DNA of 64,000 bases from contig VMGX01000001.1 in the NCBI GenBank assembly GCA_007376805.1, positions 70,461 through 134,460 of the forward strand, written 5' to 3'. Below are positions 58,916-64,000 of the stretch, piece by piece; positions within the stretch are counted from its first letter, which is position 1, and each line of letters opens with the position of its first letter. Below the pieces are notes generated by a model. The model was not told the origin of the DNA and made no database searches. It worked only from the letters and a program-made list of their open reading frames with translations. The position numbers and the translations under genes were made by a program. Source of the DNA: Parcubacteria group bacterium Athens0714_16. GTDB lineage: Bacteria > Patescibacteriota > Minisyncoccia > Phycocordibacterales > 21-14-all-36-13.

Positions 58916-60071
58916 AGTAATAAAGACCCATCGCAATTAAAATAACACCTTCTACTAATGTCGCCCATTTTGTAAATTTAGGTGATGTTAACCATATATC
59001 CATTTTATATATTGCAATAAGAAATACGATTATTTCATCTATTAAATAAAATACAATAAATATACCTATATAAAACAACGTGCCAAAATTTGAGATTCCT
59101 CTTTCAGCTAAAATACCCGCAAAAGAAACAGGGACTGCTGCTGAACAAGGAAATTCAATTAAAGTAACCAAACCAGAAAATACAACCACACCGAGAAGTA
59201 TCTGCAAAACCTTGTTTGTCTCACCAAACATATTTTTAATTTTTGTTGCCGCTGATGAAATAATTTTTGAATCAGACGATTCACAAACCAAGCCCTGTTT
59301 TCTAATTCTTATAAATTCTTTTATAAAATAAATCCCGCCAGCCAATCCAACAAACCCAACCACCAATTCAATTGTTTGGATGTAAGAACTAACTAAAACA
59401 AAGAGACGGTGCCAGAGAATAATCAATAAACCATAAACAAGGGCCGTAACAACAAGATATGCTCCTCCATATAAAATTATTTTCTTTCTCGAACGAAGTT
59501 TGAGAACAAGCCCAAGTATTAAAATAAGTGCACCAAGCGAACACACGTTCACACCGTCAAGTGTCCCAAGAACGACCGAGAGTGCCACAAGAGAATAATT
59601 TTTTACATTAATTTTCCCTAAAATTGGTAAATTTACAGACGAATCCTTAGCTCCGTCTTCGGTTTTAATAACGCCCGTAGTTTTTAATTGATTTTGAATT
59701 GATGTCTCTATATCTTTTCCTATTTTATCTTCTGAATCAAAACCGGCAAAAAAATCTTTCCCTACAAATGTAAGTGGAACAACACCAAAATATTCCCCCT
59801 TTTTAATTTCTTCCAATTTTTTAAACATCGGACTTATATTTGCCTCAATATCAACTGCGTATCTGTTTATTATAAGTCCTTCATATTTCCCTTCTATTTT
59901 GTCTAAAAATGCATTTTCCGCAATACAGTGTGGACATGTTTCACTATAATAGAAATCCAAATTTAATTCTGATTTTATTTCTTGTGCATGAACACGACCA
60001 AAAGAAATAAAAAATAAACCCAGAATTAAGCTGAGGGCAAAAAAAACAAAAAATTTATCCTTGAATTTCAT
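58893..60071 (-). CDS. Thioredoxin-like domain fused to CcdA/DsbD-like transmembrane domain
   Basis: Signal peptide, SETCPHCIAENAF (CxxC thioredoxin motif), membrane domain with VCSLGAL and FPCSAAVP conserved Cys. Confidence 0.6.
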   Translation of the reverse strand: MKFKDKFFVFFALSLILGLFFISFGRVHAQEIKSELNLDFYYSETCPHCIAENAFLDKIEGKYEGLIINRYAVDIEANISPMFKKLEEIKKGEYFGVVPLTFVGKDFFAGFDSEDKIGKDIETSIQNQLKTTGVIKTEDGAKDSSVNLPILGKINVKNYSLVALSVVLGTLDGVNVCSLGALILILGLVLKLRSRKKIILYGGAYLVVTALVYGLLIILWHRLFVLVSSYIQTIELVVGFVGLAGGIYFIKEFIRIRKQGLVCESSDSKIISSAATKIKNMFGETNKVLQILLGVVVFSGLVTLIEFPCSAAVPVSFAGILAERGISNFGTLFYIGIFIVFYLIDEIIVFLIAIYKMDIWLTSPKFTKWATLVEGVILIAMGLYYFTLLNNF

Positions 60072-60081
60072 AGTATTAAGT

Positions 60082-60492
60082 TTATTTTAACATATTTATG
60101 TCGTCAACGCTTATCCAAGCAGACATCATACCAAAACCTTTTTTATTTATTTCAAAAGGTTTTATTTTCTTTGGTTTTTTAATAAAAACCAAAATACAAT
60201 ATTTTTTATCTTTAATTTTTTCAAAAAAATCATCCTTTTCTTTTTTCAATATACCTATTTCCTTGTGATATTTATTTAATATTTTGGTTATTTTTATGGG
60301 TGTTAAATCAGAAAATTGAATACAACTTGAAACCACGACCTGAACTGTAATTGGTTCTCCAGAATTTTTGAAATACACAACATCATCCGAAGTAATCACA
60401 CCCCATGGTACACGCCTTGTTTGATACCATCGAGATTCTATCGTTTTCTCTCCAGATAATATTTTTGGGACAAAGCCCCAAGACTTTTTCAT
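60082..60492 (-). CDS. ASCH (PUA-like) domain protein
   Basis: KILSGEKTIESRW... pattern. Start set at internal Met 14 of the tracked ORF. Confidence 0.45.
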   Translation of the reverse strand: MKKSWGFVPKILSGEKTIESRWYQTRRVPWGVITSDDVVYFKNSGEPITVQVVVSSCIQFSDLTPIKITKILNKYHKEIGILKKEKDDFFEKIKDKKYCILVFIKKPKKIKPFEINKKGFGMMSAWISVDDINMLK

Positions 60493-60591
60493 TATTGCTA
60501 TGTGGACCATCCTGTAGTAATGATATAACAATTCTTGGTTTATTCAACCATCAAAAAACATCCAATAAATTGGATGTTTTTTTGAGTAAAA

Positions 60592-60648
60592 TTTTTACAG
60601 TTAACTGTAAAAATAATTTTATCCAAAATTACAGTTAGCTGTAATTTT
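60592..60648. promoter_or_regulatory. Two related 16-20-bp palindromes TTTACAGTTAACTGTAAAA and ATTACAGTTAGCTGTAATTT, 36 bp apart
   Basis: Direct reading. Upstream of the minus-strand ASCH gene, downstream of the zinc-ribbon gene terminator (60555-60588). Confidence 0.45.
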
Positions 60649-60675
60649 TAGTACAGTTGTTATTTTCAAAAAATA

Positions 60676-61290
60676 TTATTTCTTCTTTGACACCTTTTTT
60701 ACTGTTTTCTTGATCTTTGGAGTTTCTACTTTTTTAATAGGTTTTTTCGTGTCAATAATTTCCTTCGATACCTCTGGTGATAAACTTTTTAAAATTTTAT
60801 CCAATTTAGTATTTAGTATTTCAAACTGTTTTTGAAATTGGTCTGTATTTTTATTCCCGCCATTATCATTTTTTTCAAAACAATTACTACAGTAAACTGG
60901 TTTGCCATTTGTTGGTTGAAATGGAACTTCACATCTATTTCCACATCCAGAACATACAGTTGAATACATTTTTTTCTCTCCAAAACTAGATTTGCCGGAA
61001 TCTCTTCCACCAAATCTTTTTGGACCTGATTTTAATTCTGAATTTCCTCCTTTATTTCTGAAACAATCACTACAATAAACTGGTTTATCGCCAGTCGGTT
61101 TGAAAGGAACTTCACACGCATTGCCACATTCAGAACATGTTGTTTTAAACATATCCATTTTTTCTTTTCTATTATCAAAACCTCCACCGCCTCTTTCATT
61201 TCTACCACCAAAACTTCTTTCGCCGGAATTTCTTCCACCAAATTTTTTACCACCCCCACTAGATCTATTATCTCTACCAAAATTTTTCAT
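60676..61290 (-). CDS. Gly/Arg-rich protein with two tandem CxxC-x17-CxxC zinc ribbons and Lys-rich tail
   Basis: FGGRNSGERSFGGRNERGGGG, then twice C(S/T)xCGNxCEVPF(K/Q)PTxGKPVYCSxCF. Confidence 0.5.
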   Translation of the reverse strand: MKNFGRDNRSSGGGKKFGGRNSGERSFGGRNERGGGGFDNRKEKMDMFKTTCSECGNACEVPFKPTGDKPVYCSDCFRNKGGNSELKSGPKRFGGRDSGKSSFGEKKMYSTVCSGCGNRCEVPFQPTNGKPVYCSNCFEKNDNGGNKNTDQFQKQFEILNTKLDKILKSLSPEVSKEIIDTKKPIKKVETPKIKKTVKKVSKKK

Positions 61291-61375
61291 AATTTAATTT
61301 ATTTTTTATTATTAATATTTTTTACTCGTCCCGTAGCGAGCTTTGCTCTGCTACTGGGATTGTTTTATTGTTTTA

Positions 61376-61606
61376 TTACTCTTCGTGATGAGAAGCAAGC
61401 CAGTCCATTAATTTTTTTCTGTGTTTATCAACCGTCCAATCACCTTTGTCTTTAAAAAGTGTTGGATATGCTTCTTTAAATTTTTGTAATATTTTTAACG
61501 TCGCATGAGGAAATCCATCCGGAATATTTTTATTGTATTCTTCAGCAAATTTAGAAAGTGGCACTTCAACGAAGTTTATAGCCGTGTCATCGATTTTATT
61601 TTTCAT
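61376..61606 (-). CDS. Small hypothetical protein
   Basis: 76-aa ORF, no motif. Confidence 0.35.
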   Translation of the reverse strand: MKNKIDDTAINFVEVPLSKFAEEYNKNIPDGFPHATLKILQKFKEAYPTLFKDKGDWTVDKHRKKLMDWLASHHEE

Positions 61607-61748
61607 TTAGTAATACTACCACAGATTTACTAAATTATCAAGATTTAGAAAAGTCGCACTTGGCGGTGAAACCGCCAAGTGCTATACATAGGACGGCTAC
61701 GGGCGAGGGACAACCCCACAAAAACTTTTATCAAATTTCATCACTGAG

Positions 61749-61819
61749 CTGGGGGATAGGGACTCGAACCCCAATAACATCCTCCAGAGGGATGTGTCCT
61801 ACCATTAGACGATCCCCCA
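61749..61819 (-). tRNA. tRNA-Gln (anticodon CUG)
   Basis: TGGGGGA-TC-GTCT-AATGGTA-GGAC-A-CATCC-CTCTGGA-GGATG-TTAT-TGGGG-TTCGAGT-CCCTA-TCCCCCA-G. U1:A72 pair. All stems pair (one G:U). Confidence 0.75.
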
Positions 61820-62164
61820 GTTCAGAGATTAAATTATTTTATTTTTAATTTTAATTCTTTTTTTTGTCTTTTGCAGTTTTATTAGTTTGCCCATAGGACG
61901 GCTACGGCCGAGGGACGAACCCGCAAAACAATTTAAGTTTACATTTATAAACGTATTTTTTCAATAAATAAAAAACGGTGCGAGTTGACAAACTCGCACC
62001 AAACAAAAAAAGGAGATTAAAAATGGATTTAAAAAAAGTGAGTGAAAAAAGAACTCTGCTTTGATTATCCGTTCAGGAAAGCATTACGACTATATTAACA
62101 CATCAAAAAAACAATGCAATAATATAGTCGCGATAGTGGATAACCTATATAGCTTTAAAATCTC

Positions 62165-62617
62165 ATGAGAAATCTACTCAAAATTGCGTTCGGAATTATT
62201 ATAATAATTATCTTGGGTTATCTTACATATATACAACTCTATTCTCATAGCAAACCATTGTCGCCAGAAGAATCAAATTCATTAATACAAGTTTATTATC
62301 CAAAATCAAATGACACCGTTTCTTCCCCATTTGTTATAACCGGCAAGGCGAAAGGCAATTGGTTTTTTGAAGCAACTGCACCGGTTGTGTTGGTTGATTG
62401 GGATGGGTTGATAATCGCAGAAGGATATATACAAGCTAAAGGCGACTGGATGACTGAAAATTTTGTTGAGTTTGAAGGAACATTAGAATTTAAAAAACCA
62501 GAAATGGCAGAAAAAACAGATTTTGGTAAAAATGGTGCACTAATATTAAAAAAAGATAATCCATCTGGATTACCTGAAAATGACGATTCTCTGGAGATAC
62601 CTGTAAGGTTTGAATAA
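62165..62617 (+). CDS. Gmad2-like immunoglobulin-fold secreted protein
   Basis: N-terminal TM/signal. SPFVITGKAKGNWFFEATAPVVLVDWDGLIIAEGYIQAKGDWMTENFVEF matches the Gmad2 pattern. Confidence 0.5.
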   Translation: MRNLLKIAFGIIIIIILGYLTYIQLYSHSKPLSPEESNSLIQVYYPKSNDTVSSPFVITGKAKGNWFFEATAPVVLVDWDGLIIAEGYIQAKGDWMTENFVEFEGTLEFKKPEMAEKTDFGKNGALILKKDNPSGLPENDDSLEIPVRFE

Positions 62618-62627
62618 ATGAAAATTA

Positions 62628-62745
62628 TCGTTTAACGATAATTTTCATCCCTGTTCTTTAAAATCTCCGGGGGAGGTTTTAAAGAATAATGATAAATTTT
62701 AATCCTTATTTTAAAAATTATCGCTTAATGATAATTTTCATCCAC
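62628..62745. repeat. Two copies of a ~28-bp palindromic repeat (gaaaattatcgtttaacgataattttc / aaaattatcgcttaatgataatttt), ~90 bp apart
   Basis: Direct reading. Both followed by catcc. The first overlaps the stop of 62165..62617. Confidence 0.5.
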
Positions 62746-62769
62746 AATATTTTGTTAATTTTTGGGCAC

Positions 62770-62900
62770 CACAGCTCCACTTTTTTATAACAAACCATAC
62801 TTATTTTTAAGTTTTGTAACTCTCTTGTAGTTTTGTGATACTTTGTCTTTTCTAGAAAAGTGGAGCTGGATCCTCAAAAAATATAGTCGCTTCGCTCCTT
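62770..62900. repeat. Dispersed repeat copy B (inverted orientation relative to 6181-6260), includes inverted repeat cagctccactttt...aaaagtggagctg and a GC hairpin at 62920-62943
   Basis: 35-nt identity to the reverse complement of 6206-6240. cagctccactttt shared with 6228-6240. Confidence 0.6.
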
Positions 62901-63026
62901 ATTTTTTGGGAAACACAAAATCCCGCGAAGCGGGATTCTATGCAGAACTTTTGTGTTAAAGCACGCATATTTACGCACTCACATTACACATAGTATATCA
63001 TAATGAAATTCAAAGTCAACAAATAA

Positions 63027-63944
63027 TTACTTATACAAACCACTTTTTATTTCTGTTATTACCTTTTCTCCTTGTTCTTTGTATGTGGGAATTGCTTCTA
63101 TTGCTCCCTCAACTTCTTTTATTGCTTCTGAAGATCTGCCCAATTTTAGATAAGAAGATATTAAATATAACCTGTTTTGTAAATTGGTTGGATTTTTTTG
63201 TATTTCCTCTCTCTCTATTGAAATAACCTTACCGAATTGATTTGTGTCAAAATATGCTTTTATAATCATGTCGTCTGGAACAAGAACTGTTTTAAATTCT
63301 GGAACTAATAATTCCTCTGTGAGCTTGTCTTCCCCATTATAAATCGCAGCAACTGCGTATACTTTTCTTGCATCTAAATAACTTTTATCTAATTCAAAAG
63401 CGTTCTTTAACAAAACAAGTGCTTTTTCTCTTTCGTTTTTGTTTAAATATGAGGCGCCCAATTCAAACATTGTTGATTGTTTGTTAGGAGATAATACAAG
63501 AGCCCTTTCAAGATGTGTTATCGCATTATCATAAACTCTATATCTGTTAAAGAAGACACCTAGAAATACTTCGTATCTCGTGTTCTCTGGATCTTCTTGA
63601 ATTTGTTTCGTCATTTCACCACTGGCCAAATCAAAAAACTTTTGTTTCAAATTCAAATCAATATTTGCAGTCGCATAACTTGCAGACGTCTGAATTAATT
63701 GTTCACGGATCTCTGGACGCCCGAGATAGCCATAGCCCAAAGCTTTTTCAAAATAACCAATGCTTATTGCTGGATTATTTGCATTTTGTAATGCGCCTAT
63801 CATATTTGTACCAACCATCATCCCTCTCACATTGAAAAAATAAATTGAAAACAAAGTTAAAATTAAAATAAATGAAGCGCCAACACCTTTCATCCAATCA
63901 TTATGGACATTGACCGGTTTATTATTTTCTTCTTTTTCGCGCAC
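63027..63944 (-). CDS. TPR-repeat protein with N-terminal membrane anchor
   Basis: Repeated A..Y..LG...EA...... 34-residue TPR-like pattern. TM helix near the N-terminus. Confidence 0.6.
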   Translation of the reverse strand: MREKEENNKPVNVHNDWMKGVGASFILILTLFSIYFFNVRGMMVGTNMIGALQNANNPAISIGYFEKALGYGYLGRPEIREQLIQTSASYATANIDLNLKQKFFDLASGEMTKQIQEDPENTRYEVFLGVFFNRYRVYDNAITHLERALVLSPNKQSTMFELGASYLNKNEREKALVLLKNAFELDKSYLDARKVYAVAAIYNGEDKLTEELLVPEFKTVLVPDDMIIKAYFDTNQFGKVISIEREEIQKNPTNLQNRLYLISSYLKLGRSSEAIKEVEGAIEAIPTYKEQGEKVITEIKSGLYK

Positions 63945-64000
63945 ATTAAATGTGTGAATATAGGCAAGTAAAGAAAAGAAAAGAATATAACTTACTATGT

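Overview
AT-rich (~30% GC) bacterial chromosome segment with the gene content and architecture of a Candidate Phyla Radiation (Patescibacteria)-type genome. Standard genetic code fits: long ORFs such as leuS (878 aa) are intact with TGA as stop. Housekeeping genes: leuS, ychF, gyrB, pheS/pheT, tsf, rpsB, prfA (PxT and GGQ motifs), rpmE, rplY, nth, two tRNAs (Thr-UGU, Gln-CUG). Sugar-phosphate fermentation cluster: class II fba, PfkB kinase, split transketolase (N and C subunits), rpe, a DedA-RpiB fusion, phosphoketolase xfp, ackA. Copper/thiol-redox island at 29.3-37.7 kb: CsoR with a textbook operator palindrome inside a TTGACC-17-TATACT promoter, CopA P-type ATPase, SHOCT, TRASH/YHS, DUF1573, CcdA/DsbD-like membrane proteins, HMA fusion. 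Accessory content is dense. (1) A four-gene operon: m5C MTase, beta-class N4/N6 MTase, 415-aa protein with C-terminal HNH, AAA_21/ABC-type ATPase. It is consistent with a type IIS-like R-M with dual MTases, coupled to or followed by a Septu-like ATPase/HNH defence pair. (2) A repeat-bounded cassette region at 14.7-18.9 kb: Fic/RhuM, ArsR-type HTH and a Cas4-like PD-(D/E)XK nuclease. Each cassette has a near-identical promoter-like upstream module, a 26-nt palindromic repeat in higher-order tandem arrays (not CRISPR), and GC-rich hairpins with covarying inner stems. (3) A REP/MITE-like family built on the TIR ACCCTGTTAAAT. Its largest member is a 284-bp element whose TIRs bracket an 84-aa GIY-YIG nuclease ORF, a candidate mobilising enzyme. 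(4) Short ATCTGCG iterons inserted in-frame into leuS and pheS (encoding NADK-type peptide repeats) and forming the 3' end of fba. (5) An NlpC/P60 cysteine-peptidase domain inserted in-frame inside PheT. Also: a GC-richer 350-nt structured intergenic region (candidate ncRNA), identical 20-bp palindromic cores bracketing a Cas2/VapD-like small gene, and several other dispersed repeat families.
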